A DNA stretch of 64,000 nt, taken from positions 23,374,001-23,438,000 of the forward strand of contig CATNEN010000001.1 of assembly GCA_950097015.1 (NCBI GenBank), read 5' to 3'. The notes under the pieces are model-generated. The model had not been told where the DNA came from. It did no database searches and saw nothing but the letters and a program-made list of their open reading frames with translations. Shown here one piece after another: positions 35,697 to 47,817 of the stretch; positions within the stretch are counted from its first letter, which is position 1; each line of letters starts with the position of its first letter. A program made the translations under genes and the position numbers. The stretch is from Macrostomum hystrix (Eukaryota > Animalia > Platyhelminthes).

Positions 35697-37638
35697 ATCT
35701 TAAAGAGAGCTACATTACTATAGCTTAGTATACAAGACAATTCTAAAAGAGAAAGTCAGAATTTTCAAATACTATAAAAAACTTTTTCTTTTTTTATATA
35801 TTAAACCTTAACATTATATTATGTACATATTTATGAAAAGATAGATGGCTGTGAGTGATGATTTCCTGATGATAATAAAATAATCATTGTATTTATTATG
35901 AGATAGTATTATATTGTGCCACTATTATTAAATTTCTATGGTTTTAAGTGGTTTTAATAATTTGTCAAATTCTTAAGTCTTGGAATCTTGATAAAAGTCT
36001 CGTCAAGATAAAACTGGATCTTGTCTAACATCTGGTCTGTATCATTCTTGTTATATGCTAGAAGGAATTTGGCATGAATTCTCTTTTCTACACTTAATTA
36101 TGTCAAATAGAAATGGCCTAATGCTTTCTGCCAAATTATGTCAAGTTGATTCATTTTTGATGCTATTATCATTCAGTTTAAAGAATTGTTTTTTTGTTAA
36201 TAACTAAAGTTTGTATAAACAGAACAAACTGTATTAAATAATTTTAAAGAAACCTTCCCTTTACTATTATTTACTAGATAAGATGGCATTTTATCAATGT
36301 CAGCCAATTTAAGTAATTCACATTTAATGCCACCAATTTTTTGAAATATTTTATTCACACTAATTATGCATATATCAATCCAGGACACTGATTCAGACTT
36401 TATAAGAACTATGCTAAATGTCATTTTGGATTTTAATTTTGCTAGAGAATTATAGCATGGCTTGAATACACAATAATGAGATAGGGCCCCGGTTTCTTTG
36501 AAACCATTTCCCACGCAAATTTATTATTTTGTTTAATTTTACGAAACTTTTGTTTAAATGCACTAATTTGTTTAATTGCACTGAAAATAAAATGTTTTAA
36601 TGAAGTCATGAAGGTGAGGAGGAGGAGAAGTTTTAGTATAAATACACATGAGCGAAAGAGAGAAGAAAGTAACCCTTGTTTGAGATGGAGTTCAGAATAA
36701 AGAAAGCTTGAATCTTGAAGTGTTTGTGTTGCAGTTATTTGAAAGAGACACTGCAAAAGAAAAGTGAAACTGGGTAAAGAAAAGCTGTAAATCTAGATCC
36801 ACTGGTAAAGCCTAAGACGGACTGAAGATTAAAATAAAGATGGAATAAAGACTAATAATAAAGACAGATTAAGATTGACAAGGATTGACAAAGAGTACTT
36901 ATAGGAATAATACAGCAAAGTAATAAATAAGAAATAAATTGAGATTGGCCATATTATAACGCTACCAGATTAAATACATAAATGTTTCCAATTAAATTAA
37001 AAAATAAGAAAGTATATAAATTGATTAAAACTAAAGACACTTATAAAGTTTGATATAAAGACAGTATTTGAATAAAGATTGTAAGCATTACAACAACATT
37101 GGTAACAGAAATGAGAGTTTATGATATTAAGAAGTCAGGCATAGAACAACTTTGGTGACATTCAGTAAGATATTAAATATAATTAAATAGCCCTAGGACA
37201 ACTTTGGTGACAGCAGTAGGATTGGCATTATTGTAATTAGAGTTTAGTAAGAAATTAGAAGAAATTTATTCATAGATAATTAGTAATCAGTTACAATTAT
37301 AACTTTTATCTTATTTCATTAATTATTTTCATAACTTTTTCTAGATTCATGATGTTTCTTAAAAAGTTACATTGCTTAAAGTATCCTAAATAATTTTATA
37401 TTAATTTGTATTATTAGTAAAATACTGACTATCTCAGTGTTTTTATAAGTCAAAATATGAAATGAATTGCAGTTTGTTTAAACTAATCCCACTTACCTTA
37501 CATTAGTTGTAAAATAAATTCCATATTTATTAGTTTTGGTACTTTTGTCAGTGTCAATCCATTGATATAATTAATGTTACCCTTGCTATCAATAAAAGTG
37601 CCTGTGCAATCATATGCTTAGCGTCAATGCAAATTTAG

Positions 37639-37720
37639 GTATGTACGCAGCCACCAATCAGCTGCAGCACAGAGCCAATGAGGTACGGAACAGTCGCATC
37701 AATTGGCAATCCTATTTGCA
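37639..37720 (+). CDS. ATP6V1H: V-ATPase subunit H exon 2
   Basis: MYAATNQLQHRANEVRNSRINWQSYLQ; TTTAG acceptor, GTGAGT donor. Confidence 0.92.
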
Positions 37721-37818
37721 GTGAGTTCTTTGACATGTTTTCTAATTTTAATTTTCTTTAAGCTTATAATAGTGGCTGTCTTGTAAGTCAGATAAATATC
37801 CTATAATACATTATTTAG

Positions 37819-38233
37819 GGGCCAAATGATTGACCCTGAAGACTACGACTTCATGGTGAAGCTTGAATCGCTGGCCGCAGTGCCTGACCAACGCAAAGTC
37901 CTGCTTGACTCCAACCCTGATCAGTTTGCCCGGACTTTCTTCTCAATGTTGGCCAAGATTTCCAAGGACCAGACTCTGCAGTATGTGCTCACGTTGCTAG
38001 ACGATCTGCTTCAAGAGGAGAAGACCAGAGTGGACGTGTTCAAACGCTACATGGAGCAGAGGCGTGAGAACGTCTGGAGTCCTTTCTTCTCGCTGTTGCA
38101 TCGTCCAGACGGGTTCATTGTGAACCAGGCTTCGAGGATTGTGGCCAAGTTTGCCTGCTGGGGCAGTCGGCTAATGGAGCAAACTGATTTGGTGCACTAT
38201 CTCAACTGGCTCAATGAGCAGCTTAGAATGCCT
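37819..38233 (+). CDS. ATP6V1H: V-ATPase subunit H exon 3
   Basis: GQMIDPED...ISKDQTLQYVLTLLDDLLQE...ASRIVAKFACWG...YLNWLNEQL; donor GTAAGC. Confidence 0.95.
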
Positions 38234-38554
38234 GTAAGCTTGATCCATAAGTCTTTGTTTGTCATCTGGCCTAGACTTCGTCCTCTATCCCATTCTCGGC
38301 CTTGTCTTTATCAGCCAACCCGTTCTAGTCTTTATCTTATATCCTATTCTAGTCTTTATCCTCTTTCCATTATTGTCTTTATCCTCTATCACATTCTAGT
38401 CTTTAATGCTCTACCCCGTTTTAGTCTTCATCCTCTACCCCGTTCTAGTCTTTATCCTCTATCCCATTTTTGTTTTTTCCTCTATCCCGTTCTAGTCTTT
38501 ATGCTCTATCCTATCCTAGCCTTTGTTCCTATCAAATTCTAGTTTTTATCTTCT

Positions 38555-40197
38555 TGAAGAGTTTTGGTGTTCATCAGACATGCACACAAAAGTCCCACTT
38601 CACGACAATGGGGAACAATTGCCTAGGAATTTATAACATTCACGTGACACTTACTGCAGTTGCTTCTTCTTCCTTGGTAGTGAGTAGTATTCTGGGTCCT
38701 TGTAATCCGGCAGTTATTCTTCTCCTTGTTTCGATCGACCGTGAAGTTTCGAGTCTCTTGCTTCTTGAGTCTTTGTAGTCTTCTTGTCTTCTTTGTCTTC
38801 CTGGCAGCTGCTAGTCGATCCTGTCTGTTGCGCCTGAATTTGTCTGTTGGCCAATATCGGACGAGAGCGAATCAGATTACTTGTCGGTTTTCTCGAGCTC
38901 GGAATTCACAATAGAAACGTGCGCCCTGGTGAACAATTGAATTCTCTTTTGTGTCTCTCTAATAGGTCCTCCTGAAGGGCGTCTTCTTCGTTACCTCCGA
39001 AAGATAACGGATAACTCAAATCAAATCAATCAATAATCCCCTAGGAATGTATCGTAGGAAACAAGGAGGCCTTTCTCAAATGTATCGACGATATGTGGCT
39101 CTCGTAAACTTAGTTCAGTCCAACAACGATTGCTAGCAATAAATAACTCTGTCTAGTAAAGCGCTTACCACTTGTCTTTCCCTCAGAGATGAGTCCTCTT
39201 CTTCGTAAGATGTTTTGAAGTCCGGTGGACCGCTCCGAGTCTGAATTTTCAGCTCGGATTTTCGCTTGTATTTATAGTAACATTTTGGATAGTGAGTAGT
39301 TGGTTCTACTACCGGGTGTTTACTTAGGTCACACATATTTGTTTAGTGAGTCGTGATTGTGAGTTTTACCATATTTGGAATATTGTGTAAATATTCTACA
39401 GCTGCAGAAACCGATAAGTCATAATTGTTTTTTTTACCATATTTGGAATTCAAGCAAATACAGCTGTCGAGAACCGGTTCTCCGGTTTCATGTCACATGA
39501 CTTTGTTTCTAAAAATAGCGCATGACTCATTCCTAAAAATAGTTTAAACGTTCTATCTAAGGCAGGGGTAGGCAAACTTATTTGCTGGTGGGCCAAAGAG
39601 AGAGCCTAAAAGACGACAGCGGGCGGCATTGACTGTATAAATATGAGATAGGGGAGAGATGAGACACGGGAGAGATGAGACACAGGAGAGATAAGACAGG
39701 GAAGAGATTAGACACGGGAGAGATTAGACACGTGAGAGATTAGACACGGGAGAGATTAGATACGGGAGAGATGAGACACGGGAGAGATAAGACAGGGAAG
39801 AGATTAGACACGGGAGAGATTAGACACGTGAGAGATGAGACACGGGAGAGATGAGACACGAGAAAGATGAGACACGGGAGAGATAAGACAGGGAAGAGAT
39901 GAGACACGGGAGAGATAAGATAGGGAAGAGATTAGACACGGGAGAGATTAGACACGGGAAAAATTAGACACGGGAGAGATTAGATACCAGAGAGATGAGA
40001 CACGGGAGAGATTAGACACGAGAGAGATGAAACAGGACACTGTAGATGTCAGAAGGGGCAACGGGCCGGATTTGGGAGCTTCGAGGGCCGCATCTGGCCC
40101 GCGGGCCGGAGTTTGCCGACCCCTGATCTAAGGTTTCCTTGTGATATTACTTTAAGTAGCGCGTTTAAGCAAATGGAATATTTTACTACTCTCTACA
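38555..40197 (-). mobile_element. Solo-LTR-like element (about 1.07 kb without the nested MITE)
   Basis: TG...CA ends (TGAAGAG / CTCTACA), 4-bp TSD TTCT; interrupts a degenerate TTCTAGTCTTTATC repeat present on both sides; TATAAA on minus at 39271-39276. Confidence 0.62.
39563..40125. mobile_element. hAT-type MITE with internal 16-bp minisatellite
   Basis: TIRs CAGGGGTAGGCAAACT / AGTTTGCCGACCCCTG; perfect 8-bp TSD ATCTAAGG. Confidence 0.9.
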
Positions 40198-40378
40198 TTC
40201 TAACGCGTCCTAGTCGTTATCATTTTCTACATTCTAGTCTTTATCGTCTTCCCATTCGAAATTTAAACTTAGTCGTGTTTTATTATCACTGAGTCTATTC
40301 TCGACTGCCAATTGATTTAAGCAGTTTGCAGTCAGACTGTTCGTAAATCTTAGAATCTTACTATTTCGCATCCCGCAG

Positions 40379-40584
40379 TCCAACGAATACCTGCAGACGG
40401 TGGCCCGGTGCCTCCAGATGCTGCTGCGGGTTAACCAGTACAGGCAGGTGTTTTGCGACATTGACGGCATCGGCACCCTGGCCTCTGTACTGTCTGGCAG
40501 GGTGAACTATCAGATCCAGTATCAGCTGGTGTTCTGCCTCTGGTGCCTTAGCTTCGATGCTGACATTGTAGTCAGGATGAAGAA
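40379..40584 (+). CDS. ATP6V1H: V-ATPase subunit H exon 4
   Basis: SNEYLQTVARCLQMLLR...QIQYQLVFCLWCLSF; CGCAG acceptor, GTGAGT donor. Confidence 0.95.
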
Positions 40585-40780
40585 GTGAGTAGAGTCTCAT
40601 CCCTGTTGTCAAGATCCCCTTAAGTAAGAAATATCCCTTAATGCTCTCACTAAAGATCCCTAAAGACTGTCACTAAAGATCCCTTTGGAAAAACCGTATA
40701 ATCCTAAATCATTTGAGAGCCGAAATCCCAGATTTGCAACAAATCCCATTTTAGTGACGTACCACTCCTACAAATCCCAG

Positions 40781-41272
40781 GTACAATCTAATCCCAATAT
40801 GCGCGGACATCCTGTGCGAGTCAGAGAAGGAGAAAGTGAACCGCATTGTCTGCGCCTTCTTCCACCACCTGCTTGAGAAGCCAACTGACTCGCAGCAGAC
40901 TCAGGAGTACGCCCTGGCCATGGTGCACTGCAAGGTGCTCAAACAGGTTGAGTTGCTGGCCCAGAAGAAATACGACGATATTGAGCACGAAGAGGATCTG
41001 AAATATCTAGTCGAAGTGCTGAGCAGTTCCATTCACGATTTGAGCTCATTCGATGAGTACGCCAGCGAACTCAAAGCCGGCAGGTTGGAATGGAGCCCGG
41101 TGCACAAGTCCGAGAAATTCTGGCGTGAGAATGCCACTAGGCTGAATGAGCGCAATTATGAGCTGCTCAAAATTCTAGTCCGACTGCTCGAGACTAGCAA
41201 GGAGCCTTTGATACTGTGCGTTGCTGCTCACGATATTGGCGAGTACGTGCGACACTTTCCCAGAGGGAAGAC
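40781..41272 (+). CDS. ATP6V1H: V-ATPase subunit H exon 5
   Basis: [57 protein letters not shown]; donor GTAAGT. Confidence 0.97.
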
Positions 41273-41332
41273 GTAAGTTAGCCGACTTAATAATCCTACT
41301 TGTGTTTTTTAATTCTATTTGGTATTTTTTGT

Positions 41333-41580
41333 CGGCGATAGAGTGGGTCTAACGCGTTTGCCTCTCGCACCAAGGTCCCTGAGTTCGATTCCGCGGCGAT
41401 GCCACATTCATTTGGGGCGCAGCCGCTGAGAGAAGGCTTGGTAGCTTGTCGTGCAATTTACGCCCTTGAGGGCCAACCTCCAAGGCTTGATGAAAAAGTC
41501 AGGGCAGATGTACATACCTGTGTGAGTGTACACCTGCGTACGGTATCTGTTTGAGTTCGTGCTCAGGAGTCAGTGGAATA
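41333..41580 (+). mobile_element. SINE family A, 3'-truncated
   Basis: Head with GAGTTCGATTCC and family body, in ATP6V1H intron 5. Confidence 0.82.
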
Positions 41581-41636
41581 ACTAGTTTTTATCGTTTCTA
41601 GAACCTTCTAGAAAAGTTCTCTCTGATTTTTGCTAG

Positions 41637-41750
41637 GGTCATCGAACAGTTGGGTGCCAAAGAGCTGGTGATGAAGATGCTCAACAATGACGATCCTAAT
41701 GTGCGCTACAATGCACTTATTGCCGTACAGAAGATCATGGTGCACAACTG
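41637..41750 (+). CDS. ATP6V1H: V-ATPase subunit H exon 6
   Basis: [38 protein letters not shown]; phases consistent. Confidence 0.95.
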
Positions 41751-41794
41751 GTGAGCGGGCCGGTTGACTGAAGCATTCATTCAACCACTAACTA

Positions 41795-42644
41795 CCTTCT
41801 TGACCCACTGAATGCCTTCTTGATCCACTGACTGCCTTCTTGACCCACTGACTGCCTTCTTGACCCACTGACTGCCTTCTTGACCCACTGACTGCCTTCT
41901 TGACCCACTGACTGCCTTCTTGACCCACTGACTGCCTTCTTGGCCCACTGATTGACCCACTGACTGCCTTCTTGACCCCACTGACTGCCTTCTTAACCCA
42001 CTGACTGCCTTCTTGACCCACTGACTGCCTTCTTGACCCACTGACTGCCTTCTTGACCCACTGACTGCCTTCTTGACCCACTGACTGCCTTCTTGGCCCA
42101 CTGATTGACCCACTGACTGCCTTCTTGACCCCACTGACTGCCTTCTTAACCCACTGACTGCCTTCTTGACCCACTGACTGCCTTCTTGACCCACTGACTG
42201 CCTTCTTAACCCACTGACTGCCTTCTTGACCCACTGACTGCCTTCTTGACCCACTGATTGACTTCTTGACCTACTGACTGCCTTCTTGACCCACTGATTG
42301 ACCCACTGACTGCCTTCTTGAACCACTGACTGCCTTCTTGACCCACTGATTGCCTTCTTGACCCACTGACTGCCTTCTTGACCCACCGACTGCCTTCTTG
42401 ACCCACTGACTGCCTTCTTGACCCACCGACTGCCTTCTTGACCCACTGATTGACCCACTCACTGCCTTCTTGACCCACTGACTGCCTTCTTGGCCCACTG
42501 ATTGACCCACTGACTGCCTTGTTGACCCACTGACTGCCTTCTTGACCCACTGACTGCCTTCTTGACCCACTGATTGACTTCTTGACCCACCGACTGCCTT
42601 CTTGACCCACTGATTGACCCACTGACTGCCTTCTTGACCCACTG
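41795..42644. repeat. 20-bp minisatellite filling the last ATP6V1H intron
   Basis: TGACTGCCTTCTTGACCCAC tandem copies. Confidence 0.95.
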
Positions 42645-42695
42645 TCTCCGTATATTATTCTTTGCCTTACTTATTCACCCAATCTCCGTTGCTAG

Positions 42696-42783
42696 GGAGT
42701 ATCTGGGCAAGCAGATCGAGGACAAGCAGCAGTCTGGCTCTGGTGGTTCCAACAAAGCTTCCACATCAACTGTGAAGTCTTGA
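42696..42783 (+). CDS. ATP6V1H: V-ATPase subunit H terminal exon
   Basis: WEYLGKQIEDKQQSGSGGSNKASTSTVKS then TGA; AATAAA at 43312. Confidence 0.92.
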
Positions 42784-43544
42784 ATGAAAGACATTGTCCT
42801 GTTTTACTTTTAAGTCGTTGACCTAACTAAGCCAATGAATACAAATGAAATCATTATGAGATGCGAAATCTTTAGTCGTAATAATTATGTCATTTTATTT
42901 AAACAGACATGCATAACGTAATATAAAAAACTATTCGATAAGCGTATTGTGGGAAGCACTTTTCAGATTTGTGATCGATTTACTGATTTACTGCTGTCTA
43001 AGTCGTCATGCTTCATAAAAAACACTATAAATTTGTGTACTATATTGCATGCGTAACTTAACTTTAGATCTGGTTGTCGATTTAAACAAATGAATTCACA
43101 ATACTTTGCTTGTTTTTGTGTTCTTCATGTTTGCATAATAATACTACTGTAGTGAAGAATCGTGATTTTATAAACAAACCTGTGCTAGGTAGTTCTGGTT
43201 TAGTGTTTAGATTGATTGATCATCTTCTTAATTGATTTATTTATTAATCATTTAAACAAATTATGCGCCTATTCTGGTTTAAATTCAGGTTTTTAATCTA
43301 GTAGCTATGCAAATAAATTGTTATAAAAATGAAATGACGCTAATTGTGTTTCTTTGTCATTTCATTTCGATTTTTTTCGTTTGTTTAGGTTAACAGTCAC
43401 AGGCAGATAGAAATGACACCTTACCGATGGCTGTGTACAGCTGTTCAGTCCATGGACTGGGTAAGCCGCCATACTCACATAGCTTTCAGTTGCTGTTGGT
43501 ACCCATTTTAAGTACCTTGTGCTGAGTAAACCGGAGCACAAGGC

Positions 43545-44193
43545 CAGGGGTGAGCAAACTTATTACCTTGCAAGCCACAGATAGAACCTAAGAGACGACA
43601 GCGGGTTGGAATATTAAGGCTAGGAATATGAGGAAGAGGAGATATGAGACACGGGAGAGATGAGCACGGGAGAGATGACACACGGAGAGATATCATAAGA
43701 CACGAGAAAGATGAGACACGGAAGAGATGAGACACGGGAGAGATAAGACACGCGAGAGATTAGACACGGGAGAGATGAGACACGGAAGAGATGAGACACG
43801 GGAGAGATAAGACACGCGAGAGATTAGACACGGGAGAGATTAGACACGGGAGAGATAAGACATGGCAGAGATAAGACACGAGAAAGATGAGACACGGGAG
43901 AGATAAGACACGGGAGAGATAAGACATGGCAGAGATAAGACATGGCAGAGATAAGACACGAGAAAGATGAGACACGGGAGAGATGAGACATGGGAGAGAT
44001 GAGACACGGGAGAGATGAGACACGGGAGAGATGAGACACGGGAGAGATGGGACACGGGAGAGATGAGACACGGAAGAGATGAGACAGGGGAAAAATGAGA
44101 CAGGATACTGTAGGTGTTAAAAGGGGCAACTGGCTGGATTTAGGAGCATTGAGGGCCGCATCTCGCCCGCGGACCGGAGTTAGCCGGTCCATG
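43545..44193. mobile_element. hAT-type MITE with internal 16-bp minisatellite, diverged
   Basis: TIR CAGGGGTGAGCAAACT; 8-bp TSD CACAAGGC/CACTAGGC; sits at the edge of a SINE-B remnant. Confidence 0.82.
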
Positions 44194-44456
44194 CACTAGG
44201 CAATCAAGTTTAGCATTAATATCACTGGTCCAAAAACCTCTAGGTAGAAAAATGTTATTTTTTAGATACCATCTTAGGGCATGTAATTAAAAGTATACAG
44301 TATGATTTTCTCATAAACTGACTTGCCTATTAAAATTCAATTTCAGCTTGTCTGCACTTTGCTACTCTTAAAAGTAGTATAGTCAGTAAGTAGTCTAGAA
44401 TCCAAGCGACAAAGCTTTAAAGGCTCTTTTATTAGCACTGCGCTCTAGACTCAACA

Positions 44457-46391
44457 ATGTCCAGTGCATCGGCTGTGAAACGGGAGCCGGTGTCCGATTT
44501 TAACAATGGCGGCGCTCGCGACAGCGGCAGCAACAGCAGCAGCGACGACGATGTGCCGTTGTCCAAGAAGTTCAACGTCGCCAAGCGCAAGGCGTCCCCG
44601 ACGCCGCCACAGTCGGCATCGGCAGCTTCGGCCGCAGCGGTTCCATCGGCTGGCGGTGATTCAAAATCCGCTGCGGCCGATGCCAACGGCGGTCAACCGT
44701 CTAGCAAGAAGGTGAAGAAGGAAGCCGTTGAATCCAATGGCGTGGAGTCTAGCTCTGCCGAATCCGCCTCTAGGAAAGAGCTCAAAAAGAAAAAGAAGCT
44801 TGAGAAAGAGAAGCGACGCGAGAAAGAGAAGGCTGCCAAAGCCAAGGACAAGTCAAAGGACAAGGATAAGAAGCCAGTGAAGAAGGAGCCAGTGCCGGAC
44901 TCTGCAGGCAAGAAAAAGTCAGCGGGCGGCAAGTCAGACGAGCCCGAGGTGTGGCGCTGGTGGGAGGAGGCCAAGCCTACGGACGGCTCCAAGTGGAAGT
45001 TTCTTGAGCACAGAGGTCCTGTGTTCGCGCCGGCCTATGAGCCGTTGCCGAAATCAGTGAAGTTCTACTACGAAGGCGAGCAGATGCAGTTGTCACCGGA
45101 GGCTGAGGAGGCGGCCGGATTCTATGCCAGGATGTTGGATCACGACTACACCAGCAAGGAGGTGTTCAACAATAATTTCTTTCAGGACTGGCGCTCGGTA
45201 ATGACGCATGAAGAGCAGAAGCGAATCAAATCTTTAAAGAAGTGCGACTTCAAGGAGTTGCAGCGATTCTACGCCCAGCAGGCCGAGGAGAGAAAGAACC
45301 GCAGCAAGGAGGAGAAGCTCAAGCTGAAGCAGGAGAATGAACGCTTGATGAAGGAGTACGGCGTGTGTACTCTTGACGGGCACAAGCAGAAGATTGCCAA
45401 CTTTCGCATCGAGCCGCCGGGCCTGTTCCGCGGTCGCGGCAATCACCCGAAGATGGGCAAGCTGAAGCGTCGGGTCAGGCCGGAGGATGTGATTATTAAC
45501 TGCAGCAAGGACTCGAAGGTGCCCAAACCGCCGCAGGGTCACAAATGGAAGGAGGTACGCCATGATAACACAGTCAGCTGGTTAGCCTGCTGGGTGGAGA
45601 ATGTGCAGGGCAATTTCAAATACGTCATGCTCAATGCCGCCAGCCGTCTGAAGGGCGAGAAGGACTGGAAGAAATATGAGACTGCGCGCCAGTTGCACGA
45701 AGTTGTGGACAAGATTCGAGCGCAGTACCGTGCCGACTTCAAGAGCAAAGAGATGCGGCTCAGGCAGCGCGCTGTCGCTCTCTACTTCATTGACAAACTG
45801 GCACTGCGTGCCGGCAATGAGAAGGATGACGATGAGGCTGACACAGTCGGCTGCTGCTCACTGCGCTATGAGCACATCCGGCTGCACAAGCAGCACCCAG
45901 AGATGGGCAGCTACGTTGTTGAGTTCGACTTCCTCGGTAAGGACTCCATTCGCTACAACAACGCTGTGCCAGTTGAGAAGCGAGTGTTCAAGAATCTGCG
46001 CCTGTTTATGGAGAACAAGAAGGAAGGCGACGATCTGTTTGACCGGCTCAACACCACCATCTTGAATGCGCACCTCAAGGAGCTCATGGACGGTCTCACC
46101 GCCAAGGTGTTCAGGACGTACAATGCCAGCAAGACGCTGGAGGATCAACTGGACAAGCTGACCAATCACGAAGACCCCGTTGCCGCCAAGATACTCAGCT
46201 ACAACAGGGCCAATCGTGAAGTTGCCATTCTGTGCAATCATCAGCGAGCCGTGCCTAAAACCTTTGAAAAATCCATGGAGAATCTCAGCAAGAAGGTTGA
46301 AGAGAAAGAGCAGGCCGTGAAAGCAGCCAAGAGGGAGGCCAAGGCTGCCAAAGTGGTTGCTAAGAGACAGAAGAGTGTGAAGAATAAGCAG
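44457..46391 (+). CDS. TOP1: DNA topoisomerase IB exon 1
   Basis: [80 protein letters not shown]; donor GTGAGT at 46392. Confidence 0.98.
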
Positions 46392-46511
46392 GTGAGTTGT
46401 TTAATTAGTATGGGGGGTCAATGAAATTAACAGGATTCATAACAAGCCATGAATTTCACGCAGTCAACAAGTAAGCTTGCTTTTGACTTTCTTCACTAAC
46501 GCTAAATTTCA

Positions 46512-46815
46512 GGGGGTCGGTGGCAGAGCGGTTAACGCGTTAGCCTCTCGCACCAAGGTCCCTGAGCTCGATTCCGCAGCGAGGCCACATTCATTTGGGG
46601 CGCAGCCGCGGAGAGAAGGCTTGGTAGCTTGTCGTGCAATTTAAGCCCTTGAGGGCCAACCTCCAAAGCTTGATGAGAAAGTCAGGGCAGATGTACATAA
46701 CCTGTTTGAGTGTGTGCTCAGGAGTCAGTGGAATGGGCAGAATTGCCTCCTCGCTGGCTGCAGGTCTAGTGTCACGAAATGATGTGCTATTGCCCACAGC
46801 CCTCCAGAAATTATT
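46512..46815 (+). mobile_element. SINE family A
   Basis: Near full-length copy in the TOP1 intron. Confidence 0.85.
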
Positions 46816-47092
46816 ATCGTAGTCGACAAAAGCACGTAAATAAGAAAACGCTGGTTGCAACTTCGCTTTGGCAAAGGTTTGATTCTGTTGAGATTCGCAG
46901 TTCAGTCTGTGGCAGGCCAGTGGTGTGTGCGAAATTACCTCTTTTGCTGGCTGCGGGTCGACTGTCCTAACTAATGCATCCGGGGCCACTTGACAATATA
47001 ATTATTGCCATAATAAAAACGGCCCTTTTTAGGGCCACATGATTTAACTTCATGTGTTAACTTAACTTTGCCGTGCAATCTACAAATTAATA

Positions 47093-47396
47093 TAATAATA
47101 ATAATAATTGATTACACCTGCCCCAATTGGGTCAGATGTGCAGCCGACAGCACAGCCGCAGCTAATGCGCGGCGCATCTGAAGGCTGCGTACAGCTGTTT
47201 AGTCCATGGACTGGGGGGACGCCACACCCACCTTCAATTATCCCTGCTGATGCTGGTACCCATTTAACAGCTGGGTGAACTGAAGCAATGCAGAGTTAAG
47301 TGTCTTGCTAAAGGACACAAATTGTTCCAGTGGGGTCGGGAATCGAACCCCTGACCTTTAAGTCGTGAGTCCAATGCCCTAACCACTAGGCTACAA
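47093..47396 (-). mobile_element. tRNA-derived CORE-type SINE (family B); partial relative at about 43425-43540
   Basis: Minus strand: GTAGCCTAGTGGTTAGG (A box), GGTTCGATTCCC (B box), then GTGTCCTTTAGCAAGACACTTAAC...CAGTTCACCCAGCTGTTAAATGG, resembling the MIR CORE domain; (TTA)n tail. Confidence 0.75.
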
Positions 47397-47472
47397 CCTC
47401 TTACTAGGCTACAACCTCTTTCTACAATGTACAAACTAATACTGAAATAATCACCGCCATACCGCCCCTCAG

Positions 47473-47817
47473 GCCTACGAGAAGAAGAAGGCCGCTCTGC
47501 GTCGCCTAGAAGAGCAGCTGCTGAAACTGAAGGTGCAGAAAACTGACAAAGATGAGAATAAAGAGATTGCCCTCGGCACGTCCAAGCTCAACTACCTGGA
47601 TCCCCGCATTACAGTGGCCTGGTGCCGCAGATTCAATGTGCCAGTTGAGAAAGTCTATAATAAAACACAAAGAGAGAAATTCCAGTGGGCCATCGACATG
47701 GCTAGAGCTGAGTTCCGCTTTCAGGACATCGAGAGCGACCGGTGCACCAACCAGATGCAGGGCGGCGATGGCGACGAGGAAGGAGACGAGGACGACGAGG
47801 AGGACGACGATTCTTAA
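47473..47817 (+). CDS. TOP1: DNA topoisomerase IB exon 2, with catalytic Tyr
   Basis: Acceptor CTCAG; [20 protein letters not shown]; acidic tail; TAA at 47817. Confidence 0.97.
   Translation, partial: AYEKKKAALRRLEEQLLKLKVQKTDKDENKEIALGTSKLNYLDPRITVAWCRRFNVPVEKVYNKTQREKFQWAIDMARAEFRFQDIESDRCTNQMQGGDGDEEGDEDDEEDDDS

Noticed and set aside
47330-47396. tRNA genes at SINE heads (also about 9490, 25730 and 46520)
   Set aside because: A/B boxes are present, but I found no complete cloverleaf, and most continue into SINE bodies.
47580-47610. Camptothecin-resistance substitutions in TOP1
   Set aside because: The motifs checked (FRGRG, GKDS, SKLNY) are canonical.
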